DNA of 64,000 nt, taken from Escherichia phage vB_EcoM-LTH01. Shown piece by piece: positions 17,322 to 27,153 of this stretch. Positions within the stretch are counted from its first letter, which is position 1, and each line of letters begins with the position of its first letter. Position numbers and translations under genes: made by a program. The notes under the pieces are model-generated. The model saw nothing but the letters and a program-made list of their open reading frames with translations. It did not search any database and was not told where the DNA came from. The DNA lies in the sequence record PP430345. One strand, given 5' to 3'.

Positions 17322-18278
17322 TTATCTTATCAACTCCCCTCGTGTTTCTGCAAGACCTAATTCGGTTACCCAGTCGCCTGTTTCGTAACCGCCCCTGTGT
17401 GTCAACTCAATGACTTTGTAAAAACCCTTAATGTATCGAGTGTTCAGGTATACTGTAGACTCAGGAAGGATCGCACCATTAAGGAGTGTAGTCACTGTCA
17501 AACCAACGTCCTCCTTTACATTCTTCTCCTTCTTCTTTGAAGTCTCTTTTGTATCTTTTTTCTTTTTCTTCTTCGAGATGTTTGGTTGCTTTAACGTTGG
17601 AGTGCCAACCATCCCGCCTTCCTCGGAGATCTCGAACATCACATTTGCAAACCTGGAGCCTTCTTTTGTCCAATAAACAGCACCATCCTGTATGGAAAAG
17701 GTAGATCCAGTATTTTTTGCAAGGTTTTCTAAGTTCTGTGCCGCATTACCAGTAAATGCCATAGAACTCTGCAATGTGTCAGCACTAAAAGGAACAACAC
17801 GCCCTTTGGGTAGCTTAAGATCAGAGATAAGGTCATTAAGAACCTGATTCACAGGCGTTCCCTTTCGGTAAGATCGGGAGGTTGTGGCGGTAGTCAAGTT
17901 TAGCGTTCCATCACCAAAAATAAACTTAGTCTCTCGTGTTTCCTCTGAGAAAGTATCCTCTACAAACTCGATTGTTCCAGAAAAGATAAGTTTTTCGTCA
18001 CCATTGTACCCCGCTTTTAAAAGGACAGCGAGGGATTCTCTTTGGTTTATACTGAGGTAGTTAACAACGTCATCGGAAAGGTTAAATACACTTACGTATC
18101 CCTTGTTAGGTTCCTTTGAGTTGTCTTTCTTTAACTGAAAGGTAATATGAAGATCCTTGATCTCATATGCTTCACCTTGGTTACTGTTACTGGCGTAGCG
18201 CTCAATGTTGACGGGCTTTTCACCAATATAAACAGGTCTTCCGATAACTAAAGTATATGTCCTTTCCAATGCCTTCAT
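17322..18278 (-). CDS. baseplate hub-like protein
   Basis: Gene order; contains Lys-rich tract (KKKKKKD). Confidence 0.35.
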   Translation of the reverse strand: MKALERTYTLVIGRPVYIGEKPVNIERYASNSNQGEAYEIKDLHITFQLKKDNSKEPNKGYVSVFNLSDDVVNYLSINQRESLAVLLKAGYNGDEKLIFSGTIEFVEDTFSEETRETKFIFGDGTLNLTTATTSRSYRKGTPVNQVLNDLISDLKLPKGRVVPFSADTLQSSMAFTGNAAQNLENLAKNTGSTFSIQDGAVYWTKEGSRFANVMFEISEEGGMVGTPTLKQPNISKKKKKKDTKETSKKKEKNVKEDVGLTVTTLLNGAILPESTVYLNTRYIKGFYKVIELTHRGGYETGDWVTELGLAETRGELIR

Positions 18279-18646
18279 TAATTAATCGCCTCCACATCTT
18301 CCTCTCTGGATGCATAAATCATCTGGACACCAGAAAGAGGTCCAACATTATAACGACCCACACGAGTAGCAATATCTCGCAATGGGAATAAATACAGGTT
18401 ACCATCGGGAACATTATCCAAATAACGATAAGGTCCGATAATATCACTATAGCAAGTCAATTTGGTAGTTATCGTAGGAGAAACACCGATATCACCTAAA
18501 GAGAATAACCAAGACTCATCCCTTTCATTCCATGTAAAACGAACCTCGTAAGTTACGGAGTCGAGGACCACACGGAATGTTTCGTCAGGGTATCCAGTCA
18601 ATTCAAAATCGAATGTTCTCACATATTTCTTGTTAAGATCAATCAT
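18278..18646 (-). CDS. tail protein (unknown role)
   Basis: Gene order; translational coupling. Confidence 0.35.
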   Translation of the reverse strand: MIDLNKKYVRTFDFELTGYPDETFRVVLDSVTYEVRFTWNERDESWLFSLGDIGVSPTITTKLTCYSDIIGPYRYLDNVPDGNLYLFPLRDIATRVGRYNVGPLSGVQMIYASREEDVEAIN

Positions 18647-18648
18647 TA

Positions 18649-19524
18649 TTACCTCTTCAAAGATGCTGGATCAAATTCATATTTCTTACCTGCCTCTCCA
18701 GAGAAATCTGTCGTTCCTGTAAGTGCGTTTTCGATTCGCTCTTTTGCAGCAGCATTCTTTCCGAGATACGGTGTTTTACGCTTACCTTGAGCGTTGTCGC
18801 TAACAGAACCATTCTCTGCGGTCTGTTTAGTGCCAGAGTTTACATTCTTAGCTTTCTTAGGATCAGCAGTAGTTCTTGCTAAAACTGTTTTAGAAATATC
18901 ACGGAAACGGAACTCTTCTAGGGTCAAACTAACAGCAATGCTACCTCCCTGACCATTGTCACGAGTAACAGAGAAGTTTGTGATCACATAGTTCGTCAGG
19001 ATATCATCTTCTGTTACCAAGGTAACAAGTTGATGACCATCACCAATTTGCTTAAGGATCTCTACAGCTTTTGCTGGACGCTTGGATTGTAACGGGTTAT
19101 TTTTGTCTGTATCGAAATCAATATAGTTTCTCTCGTTTATAATTAAAGGAGAGTCAGTGATGACTGCCGAAAAACTAAATTTACCATCTTGAGTTACAAC
19201 ATGATCAGATGCTTTAGCTTTTGACTCTACAGCATAGCTGGTCTTGTTATAATCCTTTGTGTAGGTGTGGGTAGTAACAACGTCAAACAGGATAGCAATA
19301 TCGTCTGTTTGGTTCTTGTCGTAAAGAAGTGGTGCTCTACCTGTATTTATACCAGAAGCGAAGAGTGTGTATTGAACATCTTCACGCAACTTGGTATTCT
19401 GTGCCGTCTGTTTTTGACGGGCCTCTTCAGCTTGACCTTGCTGATACGCCTTGTCGATAGCAGCAATCTGCTCAGGTGAATACGTACCCATTTTGTAAGT
19501 GCTAGGTTTTAAATCAGTAGCCAT
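18649..19524 (-). CDS. tail protein downstream of tape measure (Mu gpP-like position)
   Basis: Gene order; AGGAGG RBS. Confidence 0.35.
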   Translation of the reverse strand: MATDLKPSTYKMGTYSPEQIAAIDKAYQQGQAEEARQKQTAQNTKLREDVQYTLFASGINTGRAPLLYDKNQTDDIAILFDVVTTHTYTKDYNKTSYAVESKAKASDHVVTQDGKFSFSAVITDSPLIINERNYIDFDTDKNNPLQSKRPAKAVEILKQIGDGHQLVTLVTEDDILTNYVITNFSVTRDNGQGGSIAVSLTLEEFRFRDISKTVLARTTADPKKAKNVNSGTKQTAENGSVSDNAQGKRKTPYLGKNAAAKERIENALTGTTDFSGEAGKKYEFDPASLKR

Positions 19525-19562
19525 AAGTTTCCTCCTTTCAGTATTTTAACACGAATAAGTAC

Positions 19563-19587
19563 AATAAAAAAGGGGGCCGAAGCCCCC
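19563..19587 (-). terminator. intrinsic terminator (GGGGGC-CGAA-GCCCCC + U-tract)
   Basis: Perfect 6-bp GC stem with CGAA loop, followed on minus strand by TTTTTTATT. Confidence 0.55.
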
Positions 19588-19592
19588 TGTAA

Positions 19593-22016
19593 TTATTGGT
19601 TACCACCCTGAGTGAGCAGGTTGATATTGAATCCGTTCTCTTCATCCACAATTGCACGGATATATTGACGAATCTCTCCACTCTTGATCTCAACGGTGAT
19701 CTTACCTTCAGGTGGTGCTGCTGGAGTTTCCAGAGGAAATCCGCTAGGGCGAATACCAGATGGAGTCGAGATAGTGTTAGGATCTACAGTTATGTCACGA
19801 GAGCCACCAAACAACTCTCTGAACACATCAGTTAACCCGACAGGTTGTGGAGTTACACCATATTGCTGCTGGAAAGCTGTTGCGTCAAGCCCTGCTCCAG
19901 CCAATCGGCTCTCTCCACTTTGGATAAAGCGGTCATTGATTTCTGACCCTGCTGAATAAAGCGTACCAAGGCCAAAAAGATTACCAAGCTTACCAAGTTG
20001 ACTGAATCTTCCAGCTACACTTGTCTTACCTGGGGTAGTTGCGCCACCAGAGGCTGTGGTGTTTGCACCAGTTGTGGTTTTTCCACCCGTAGCTAAATCT
20101 CCACCAAGGGTTCCACGAATCTCCTTAAGTGCACCTTTTAATCCTGCAATCTTAGCTAGGATATTAAACACTTTAGTTAGACCGCCGAGGAACAATCCGA
20201 TACCAAGGAGATAAGAACCCCAATCAAACACTTGACGAAGAGTATCACCTTCAACACCTATTTTCTTGAAGTAATAAGACACCACACGATCCAAAAGGAC
20301 AAGGTTATCATGTATTTCAAGAACCATGTCTGTAAATCCTTCAATTACGTTACCGAAGAATCTACCGATGGTGCTTGCAACGTTACCATTACTTGATAGG
20401 ATTGTAGCTAAGTTATTGAAAACTCTTGTCAGTTGTTCACCAAAGCCACCTTGGAATATTCTGTTTTGAAACTCTGCAAAAGTCTGAGTTAAACGCTGGT
20501 AAGCAACACGGTTACTTTCCAAAGCTTTATCCAGTGCACCACCTTTGTTAGCAGCCTCTGCATAGTATTTACCAACCAAAGGTATGATCTTGGAGGCTTT
20601 CAATTCACCATCTTCCATCAACTTCAACAATTTTGCAATGTCGATAGAGGTGTCGCCGAATGCTTCTTGAGTTGCTTTCAAGAATACCTGTAAAGAACCA
20701 GGAATTGCTTCAGCCAACTGACCCTTTAGTTCTTCAGCCATTACTTGACCTTTACCAAGGATCTGTTGAATTGCTGTAATGCCACGCTGATATCTTACAG
20801 GATCGACCTGAAGTGCGGTGGAATATTCAGAAAATGCACTAAATAATTCGTCTGTTTGAGATTTACTAATAACACCATCAGCAGAGATCGCTAACTGGGT
20901 AAATCCCTGCGATGCAGTTTTCAGATCCAAACCTAAACGGTATGCTTCGTCACGAACAAACTTAACACGCTGACCAGCTTCTTCTGCCGAATCAGAGATC
21001 AACAGAGATGTTGCATTGATTCCTTCGAAGAATTGACCTTGACGAGTTATTGATGCACCTGCTGAGAAAACTCCATATGCGGCAGTAGCACTTACCAAGC
21101 TGGAACGAACATCTTTAAGTGTGGAAGAGAAAGATCCAGCACTTGACTGTGCAGCACGGAATTGTCTTTCTAGCGCCTGTATGCTTTGACGATACTGCCC
21201 AGATGATAACGTACCAGCACGAAATTGTCTATTAAGATCTTCAATCCCACGACCTTCCGAGTCACGACCCAAAGCACCTGCATAACCACGACCATATCGA
21301 GAGGATAGACGAATACGTTGTTGTGCTGTAACATCATCAATACGGGCAGCAGCACGAGCAGCGCGGACACGTTCACGTTCCTGTTCTTGAGTTTGTTGCT
21401 TCTGCATTCTCTCTTTGATACGAGAACTACGTTGCATCGCTCTGTTTTGTGCAGCAATTAAATCAGGGTTGAATCGGCTATTAGGATCTCCAACAATACC
21501 TGACCCTGGCTCTCTGTTACCGCGAGATAATAATTGATTTGCAGCTTCCACACGTTGGATGTTGAAAGGCGGTAAAGGTGTCGCTGTACGGTTTGCAGAT
21601 CTTGCAGCAGCACGGGCAGCTTTCTCCTGTTCCTGATAGAACTTTCTCATCTCAGCAGAACCAGGGGATGCAGCCGTCAGGCTTTTAACCTGTTGTCGTA
21701 TTCTTGCAGCAGAAACCTTCTGAATTGCCTCTTTTGCCTTGGCTTCTTTCTTTGCCAGAGCAATACGATAATCAGTGGCCTTCTTCTCCTCACGCTTCCG
21801 AGTTTCTTCCAGACGTTTACTGACTAGTCTCATTTCACGAGCGGATTGTTTATAAGCCTCAGCAGGAGAATTCTTTCCGGCAGCGGTAGCCTCTGTTGAA
21901 GCCTTTTTCCATTCGTTGGAGAGTTTTCGGATCTCCTCACGAGCTTTTCGATAGGAACCTTTGTCAGTTTCAAATATGACTCGGTTCTTTGTTGTTGCAA
22001 TTACTTCAACAGCCAT
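19593..22016 (-). CDS. tail tape measure protein
   Basis: 807 aa, Ala/Arg/Gln-rich coiled-coil N-terminus, Gly-rich hydrophobic segment, canonical position after chaperone pair. Confidence 0.75.
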   Translation of the reverse strand: MAVEVIATTKNRVIFETDKGSYRKAREEIRKLSNEWKKASTEATAAGKNSPAEAYKQSAREMRLVSKRLEETRKREEKKATDYRIALAKKEAKAKEAIQKVSAARIRQQVKSLTAASPGSAEMRKFYQEQEKAARAAARSANRTATPLPPFNIQRVEAANQLLSRGNREPGSGIVGDPNSRFNPDLIAAQNRAMQRSSRIKERMQKQQTQEQERERVRAARAAARIDDVTAQQRIRLSSRYGRGYAGALGRDSEGRGIEDLNRQFRAGTLSSGQYRQSIQALERQFRAAQSSAGSFSSTLKDVRSSLVSATAAYGVFSAGASITRQGQFFEGINATSLLISDSAEEAGQRVKFVRDEAYRLGLDLKTASQGFTQLAISADGVISKSQTDELFSAFSEYSTALQVDPVRYQRGITAIQQILGKGQVMAEELKGQLAEAIPGSLQVFLKATQEAFGDTSIDIAKLLKLMEDGELKASKIIPLVGKYYAEAANKGGALDKALESNRVAYQRLTQTFAEFQNRIFQGGFGEQLTRVFNNLATILSSNGNVASTIGRFFGNVIEGFTDMVLEIHDNLVLLDRVVSYYFKKIGVEGDTLRQVFDWGSYLLGIGLFLGGLTKVFNILAKIAGLKGALKEIRGTLGGDLATGGKTTTGANTTASGGATTPGKTSVAGRFSQLGKLGNLFGLGTLYSAGSEINDRFIQSGESRLAGAGLDATAFQQQYGVTPQPVGLTDVFRELFGGSRDITVDPNTISTPSGIRPSGFPLETPAAPPEGKITVEIKSGEIRQYIRAIVDEENGFNINLLTQGGNQ

Positions 22017-22073
22017 TTCGACTCCTCATAATAAAAATAAAGGCCAGAGTCTTTCGACTCCAGCCCTATTTAT

Positions 22074-22325
22074 TTACTTTCTCCGTTTTAACTGGGCCTC
22101 TTGTTGTTCCATTCGCTGGCGTTCGTATTCCTTCTCTTTCTCTTGAACACCTTCCAAATATTCTTGAATATCTATATATTCATTTTTCTTAAGAAGGTCT
22201 TCCATGTCCCCACTTTCAATAGAAAGTTCATTAACTCCCTTGAATTTCTCCATGACACGGAAATAAAGATAGTCATACCATTTCAGACTGGAGTTTTTCC
22301 TACAATACTCCAAGGCCCTTTCCAC
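22074..22325 (-). CDS. tail assembly chaperone C-terminal extension frame (likely expressed by -1 frameshift from upstream ORF)
   Basis: Its frame stays open upstream across the stop of 22340-22810 and is in -1 register relative to it. Confidence 0.45.
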   Translation of the reverse strand: MERALEYCRKNSSLKWYDYLYFRVMEKFKGVNELSIESGDMEDLLKKNEYIDIQEYLEGVQEKEKEYERQRMEQQEAQLKRRK

Positions 22326-22339
22326 CGTACTCAGCGGCC

Positions 22340-22810
22340 TCAGGCTTCCGTCTGATCCAGTTGGTCCACCTTGCGAACCAGACCGAACTTCTGAAGGAGA
22401 TTTTCGATTGTCCCGAAACCGCTCTTGCCGAAAAAACAGCCGTAGTTCACCTGTATGATTTCAGCAAGTAACTTGAACAAATCTTCTACGTGACCATCAA
22501 ACACTTCATCGATATCAATCGGGCCGCCCATGTTGTCTACTTCAACGCCTTCCAGTAAAAGGTTGATAATTTCCAGACCACCTTCATCGATACGATCCAG
22601 AATATAAAGAATTGCGGTTGGGACAGCATCTTGAAAATCTTGTCCACCGGAAATAGCAGAGCCTGCCATTGTACCCAAAGGAACAGCTACCAGCTTGCCA
22701 ATTTTAGGCATATTACGGATAACTTGAGTAGGCGACCAATGATAAATCGTGAATCGCTTACCGCCGCAGAGAGTGATCTCTGTAGTCTTTTTAAATTTAA
22801 AACCTTGCAC
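22340..22810 (-). CDS. tail assembly chaperone
   Basis: Position between tail tube and tape measure genes; ends shortly after a U UUU UUC heptamer. Confidence 0.55.
   Translation of the reverse strand: MQGFKFKKTTEITLCGGKRFTIYHWSPTQVIRNMPKIGKLVAVPLGTMAGSAISGGQDFQDAVPTAILYILDRIDEGGLEIINLLLEGVEVDNMGGPIDIDEVFDGHVEDLFKLLAEIIQVNYGCFFGKSGFGTIENLLQKFGLVRKVDQLDQTEA
22430..22436 (-). promoter_or_regulatory. candidate -1 programmed frameshift slippery heptamer (T TTT TTC)
   Basis: Heptamer in the 0 frame of the chaperone ORF (codons TGT TTT TTC); -1 frame open from here to the stop at 22074. Confidence 0.45.
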
Positions 22811-22889
22811 GTTTACACTCCTGTGTCCACTTTGTTAATATAAATATGTCCATAGCGTGAGAAGGGCCTCATCCTTGAGGCTCACGTAA

Positions 22890-23372
22890 TTATTGATCCA
22901 GTCCGAGTATTCCACCGATACCAGCAGCAACGCCTTGAATCTGATCAGCGCTCAACTGTGCATCGACTACGCCAATTTCCCAGTCCATCTGACCTACTTC
23001 AGAACCGTAGGTCAGGTCTGGTTGACGTTGAATCCATCCGAAGGTGTTCAGAGATAGACCCTGAGAACCTTCAATCTGAATCGGGAAGTAAACAAGTCCG
23101 GTAAGACGGGCTTGCAACTGCCATTGAGAGAGATAACCGTTCCATACAGAGGTATTCTGCAAAGAGATGGTCACTACGCCGGAGTTATCACGGACGATAG
23201 CAGAACTCACTTCACCATCTACACCCGACAGCGGAGTAATGTTATCATTGTTACGAGAAACAACGACTTTCGTATCAGCGGCGAATCCAGAAACACGTTG
23301 ACCACCGATAAAGATCAGGACTTTGGCTGGGTCATACGCCTGGAGACTAATTAACTTAGGATTCAGTGCCAT
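22890..23372 (-). CDS. tail tube protein
   Basis: 160 aa directly downstream of sheath gene; canonical sheath-tube order. Confidence 0.65.
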   Translation of the reverse strand: MALNPKLISLQAYDPAKVLIFIGGQRVSGFAADTKVVVSRNNDNITPLSGVDGEVSSAIVRDNSGVVTISLQNTSVWNGYLSQWQLQARLTGLVYFPIQIEGSQGLSLNTFGWIQRQPDLTYGSEVGQMDWEIGVVDAQLSADQIQGVAAGIGGILGLDQ

Positions 23373-23375
23373 CTA

Positions 23376-24791
23376 TTACACCCCTACAGAAGAAGTAGTG
23401 AAAGAAGTCTGAGTGCTTTGGGTCGTAGTTTGAGGACGATCCAGAACAACAGCAGCGCGAATTTTAACGTAGTGCAGGGAGTTGTTGTAAACTACTTCAA
23501 CTTTAACATCACGCAGGATACGGTTAGCCAAGTCGTTGCTTGGAATTTCAGCACGACGAGGAATAGTAATGATTGGATCGTAGCTCACACGGTTCACTGT
23601 ATCATAACCAGTCAGAATACCACCGTTACGAATACCGATGTTGATTGGATTATTGAACAGGATAGAACGCAGAACCGGAAGATCTTCATCACTCATCTTC
23701 ATGGACTGGCCTTGATCAGAACGACGCTTCATGTATCCGAATACAGATTCTTCCATGCGGAATTTCAGCCAATGGGAGAAACGAATAACGTCAACATACT
23801 GACCGCTGGAGGTACGACCTTCGATGTAGCTGTTAGTGCCGTACATTGCACGATAGATGTTTGCGTTACGTCCCCAAGCGTTGCTACGCTGAGTTTCGGA
23901 GATGGTAGAAGGCTTCATGCCAGGCATTGTCTTCAGGTGAATAGAGTCACCGTAAGAAGGATCGTTGGCAGCCATTGCACCGATAACAGAACCTTCGGTG
24001 AATTCTACATCCGCTTCTTTGTCGTAAGTACCCAGAGAGTTGTAACCCAGAGCTTTCAGTGTATCAAACACGGAAGCGCTTTGGTTAGCTGCTGCCAGAG
24101 CATCGCTGTCACTGGAATTATATACGTGCAGTTTATAATTGGCTTGTGCAAATTCAGCCGCTGCAACGATATCTGCATCAGAACGTTGTTCGTGAGACAG
24201 GAAGTACCAGTTGTGGTTTTCAGCAAGTACCTGCGGAAGAACAGTTGCAACAGTTTCAACAGAGGTGTTTACAATCTTGTAATTACCTTCGCCTTTTCCT
24301 ACGCTGATAATTTCTGCGGATTGTACAACAACGACGACACCACCTTCAACAGTTGCAGTAACGCGACCAGCCAAATCCGCATCGTTGTTAATGCCTTCTG
24401 CCAGAGCGGTTGCGATCTGACCAGGGGTGTTTCCAACGTTAACCAAAATGGTGATTGCTTTAACAACCTTATTGATGGTAATATTTACAACAACACGTTC
24501 GGTATTGGTAGTGCCAGTAAAGTCGATTCGAGAACCCGACATAGACATACGACCAATAGCCACCAGTTGCGGAGCAAAAGAACCGCCAAATGCATTGGAT
24601 GCAAACTGATGCGCTGCGGAACCAACTGCAAATCCATCACCAACCAGACTTTCCAAAGACCCGTACAGACGGAGACGTTCAGGGAAGTTGTTGTGTACTG
24701 CTAAGAACATTGGGGTTTCAAACCCTACGGTATCAATAGGTTGAGTGCCAAGAGTTACCTCGACGTCAACTACCTTATCTTCATAAGCCAT
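23376..24791 (-). CDS. contractile tail sheath protein
   Basis: 471 aa; position and size; identifies a myovirus-type tail. Confidence 0.8.
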   Translation of the reverse strand: MAYEDKVVDVEVTLGTQPIDTVGFETPMFLAVHNNFPERLRLYGSLESLVGDGFAVGSAAHQFASNAFGGSFAPQLVAIGRMSMSGSRIDFTGTTNTERVVVNITINKVVKAITILVNVGNTPGQIATALAEGINNDADLAGRVTATVEGGVVVVVQSAEIISVGKGEGNYKIVNTSVETVATVLPQVLAENHNWYFLSHEQRSDADIVAAAEFAQANYKLHVYNSSDSDALAAANQSASVFDTLKALGYNSLGTYDKEADVEFTEGSVIGAMAANDPSYGDSIHLKTMPGMKPSTISETQRSNAWGRNANIYRAMYGTNSYIEGRTSSGQYVDVIRFSHWLKFRMEESVFGYMKRRSDQGQSMKMSDEDLPVLRSILFNNPINIGIRNGGILTGYDTVNRVSYDPIITIPRRAEIPSNDLANRILRDVKVEVVYNNSLHYVKIRAAVVLDRPQTTTQSTQTSFTTSSVGV

Positions 24792-24902
24792 GTTTATCCT
24801 CTGCTTCTAGACGATTATTGACTAGCACCGGAAGTGCCAATTGATTAGGGGCCGAAGCCCCTCATTTGTCACTGATAAGCGTGGGCCTATCAATAACCGG
24901 AT

Positions 24903-25562
24903 TTACTTCTCGTTTACAGTAACGATAGTATCGATGTAAGTGAAAGGAATATCCGGTTCTGGCGGGATACTAGGACCATCACCACCTGGTTTGACGTTGA
25001 TATCGATAAGGGCTTCATTTTCGATCTTGTTTCCAGAGGGATCTGAAACACTAGTGTCGATAATGATGCTTTCGATATTTTCAAACTGACCGAAGTCACT
25101 TTCAACGAATGTAACGTTAAAGGTAATCAGTACCCTTGCCCTGTTTTCGTAATATTGCTCATTAAGGGGAATTCTTAATCTTGCAATAGAAGAAGTGGAC
25201 GAGTAAGCATAAGGTGATCCGACAGGGAAGTATTTATCTCTTATCCATGCAAGGCTCAATGCCTGATGAAAACGAGTCAATGCCCAGTGAGGTTTTCCAC
25301 GATATGCGGTGAGTGTGTATGTTGCAGTGTAGTTGTGAACAGTGTGGGTGATACCATTCTCAACAATCTGATTTGTTTCCCAATCGAGAGGGCTTAAATC
25401 TGATAGGTCTACGAGGATGAATGGTCCCTCAACTTTAGGGATTGTTTCACCAGCTTCAACCACCTTGTAAGTGGTTACGTCTTTCAAGAGACGACCGATA
25501 ACCTTTGTGAGATTGCCCATAATCTCGTCGGAGTTTGTAAACTCATTAGGCAATTGATCCAT
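24903..25562 (-). CDS. neck / tail completion protein (unknown)
   Basis: Gene order between head and sheath genes. Confidence 0.35.
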   Translation of the reverse strand: MDQLPNEFTNSDEIMGNLTKVIGRLLKDVTTYKVVEAGETIPKVEGPFILVDLSDLSPLDWETNQIVENGITHTVHNYTATYTLTAYRGKPHWALTRFHQALSLAWIRDKYFPVGSPYAYSSTSSIARLRIPLNEQYYENRARVLITFNVTFVESDFGQFENIESIIIDTSVSDPSGNKIENEALIDINVKPGGDGPSIPPEPDIPFTYIDTIVTVNEK

Positions 25563-26002
25563 TATAATCCACCCTCTGTTCCAACAGGTACAGCGATCAG
25601 ATAGTAACGATATCTCATGTTGCCTGCACTTGGATAACGGTCAGCTTTCATTACTGTAAACCAACTGTTCTCACCAACAGAATTGGGAAGCCACAATTGA
25701 TCAGAAAGTTTATCCGTTCCTTCTTGTGCACGATACAATACAGTTTCTGAATACACAGTATAGGAGTCGTAATCTTCCTCACCTGCTGTAGTCAGTTGGT
25801 TGTTTTGATCACGAAGCGCTTTGCCTCGGATTGGTTGAATGACACACTCAACAGCCGTGAATGGTGTGTATTCAATTTCCAGACCACCGTTGTCGAATGG
25901 GTCATCCAAATCAACCTTTTTATAAGAACGTCTGCGACCTTCAACCTCGATACGAGGGATAAGCTGGTTGCGACGACTTAACAATAAATAGCCACGAGAC
26001 AT
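25562..26002 (-). CDS. neck / tail terminator-like protein (unknown)
   Basis: Gene order; translational coupling. Confidence 0.35.
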   Translation of the reverse strand: MSRGYLLLSRRNQLIPRIEVEGRRRSYKKVDLDDPFDNGGLEIEYTPFTAVECVIQPIRGKALRDQNNQLTTAGEEDYDSYTVYSETVLYRAQEGTDKLSDQLWLPNSVGENSWFTVMKADRYPSAGNMRYRYYLIAVPVGTEGGL

Positions 26003-26011
26003 TATGCCTCC

Positions 26012-26473
26012 TTAGTCTTTCGTAAGAGGAACAATCTTAAACTTCGCTGCATCTGAAAGATCGCCGTAATGGATCATTGCATCACTGAATCCTTTATAGC
26101 TCGCCCATGCAGTGGATACTCGGTTATTGGAGAACGTACCTTGATCAATTGTAAAACGAATGCTGTCAGCGTAGTCCTTACCGATTTTCTTGAGTGCAGG
26201 GCTATATGACTTACCTTTCAGCAAATCATCATTAAGCCTTTTGAGGTTCTTGATGAGTCCACCGCGATAATGAATCGAAGTAGAAAGCATGAAGTTACGT
26301 TCAGGAAGATTGTTCCATCCTAATTCGTGAATTGCTGCAAGAGTCGCCATATTTAGACCAGAATAGTGAGCCTCATCAAAGAAGCCCACCTCAATCTCTT
26401 TTGTTTCCAATTCAGAGAGTTGGTCGAAATAGTGATCCATGACAGAAAAATCAACTGTTGATGTTTTCTTCAC
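26012..26473 (-). CDS. head-tail joining protein (unknown)
   Basis: Gene order. Confidence 0.35.
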   Translation of the reverse strand: MKKTSTVDFSVMDHYFDQLSELETKEIEVGFFDEAHYSGLNMATLAAIHELGWNNLPERNFMLSTSIHYRGGLIKNLKRLNDDLLKGKSYSPALKKIGKDYADSIRFTIDQGTFSNNRVSTAWASYKGFSDAMIHYGDLSDAAKFKIVPLTKD

Positions 26474-26536
26474 GGTTATTTCTCCATGAAAGTTATTTTA
26501 CCACAATAGATGAGCAAAAGCAACAAAGTCAAAGCT

Positions 26537-27094
26537 TTAGTTGACCATCCAAGGATTACGCTTTCTTACACCAGTTCTTGTACCCACAGCAGGGAAAATA
26601 CCTGGTTCCATGAATCCATTGAAGGAATCCCGATTTCTTTTAACTCTCGCAAATTCACCATTCCTTGTTCCACCGATAATGATCAAACCGAGGCCAGAAC
26701 CTACGGCGTTGTCTTTAAGGCACGGGTCAATATACTCAGGATGCTCAGTCAACCAGTCGAGAAAGTCTTGCCAGTTTCCAGAGTTAGACCCGTATTTCAC
26801 AGATATGGTTTCATCGCCAACTTTTTCGAATCGTTCACGAATTGAAGAAGCACCACTTGAAACTTCCTGAACAATAAGCCAACGTACACAATCAAGAACG
26901 GTATTGTAAAGAATGATGGAGAACTGATCCGGCCTGTTTTCTAGGTCGTAACAAATCTTCCATTTATTATAGAAAAACAGAATCATGCTGTCAGGCATTT
27001 CATCTTCAGTAAGTCCACCTAAAAAGTTACGGACAAGTTGTACTACTTCTTCATCAGTCATGTTATCCTCCAGTGTATTAAAACATATTATCAC
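26537..27094 (-). CDS. hypothetical structural-module protein
   Basis: Gene order. Confidence 0.35.
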   Translation of the reverse strand: MIICFNTLEDNMTDEEVVQLVRNFLGGLTEDEMPDSMILFFYNKWKICYDLENRPDQFSIILYNTVLDCVRWLIVQEVSSGASSIRERFEKVGDETISVKYGSNSGNWQDFLDWLTEHPEYIDPCLKDNAVGSGLGLIIIGGTRNGEFARVKRNRDSFNGFMEPGIFPAVGTRTGVRKRNPWMVN

Positions 27095-27120
27095 AAAATA
27101 AAGAGAAAGTCATTTGTATA

Positions 27121-27146
27121 AAAATAAAGCCACCCGAAGGTGGCCT
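27121..27146 (-). terminator. intrinsic terminator (GCCACC-CGAA-GGTGGC + U-tract)
   Basis: Hairpin 27128-27146 followed on minus strand by TTTATTTT. Confidence 0.5.
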
Positions 27147-27153
27147 TATACAT

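Noticed and set aside
17479-17673. Lys-rich tract (KKKKKKD / poly-A run) in the baseplate hub-like gene as a frameshift site
   Set aside because: No overlapping alternative frame of useful length; the antisense 64-aa ORF is a shadow. Considered simple low complexity.
23418-24704. 428-aa plus-strand ORF
   Set aside because: Lies entirely antisense to the tail sheath gene, has no RBS, and has Cys/Asn/Thr-rich low-complexity composition; treated as a spurious shadow ORF.
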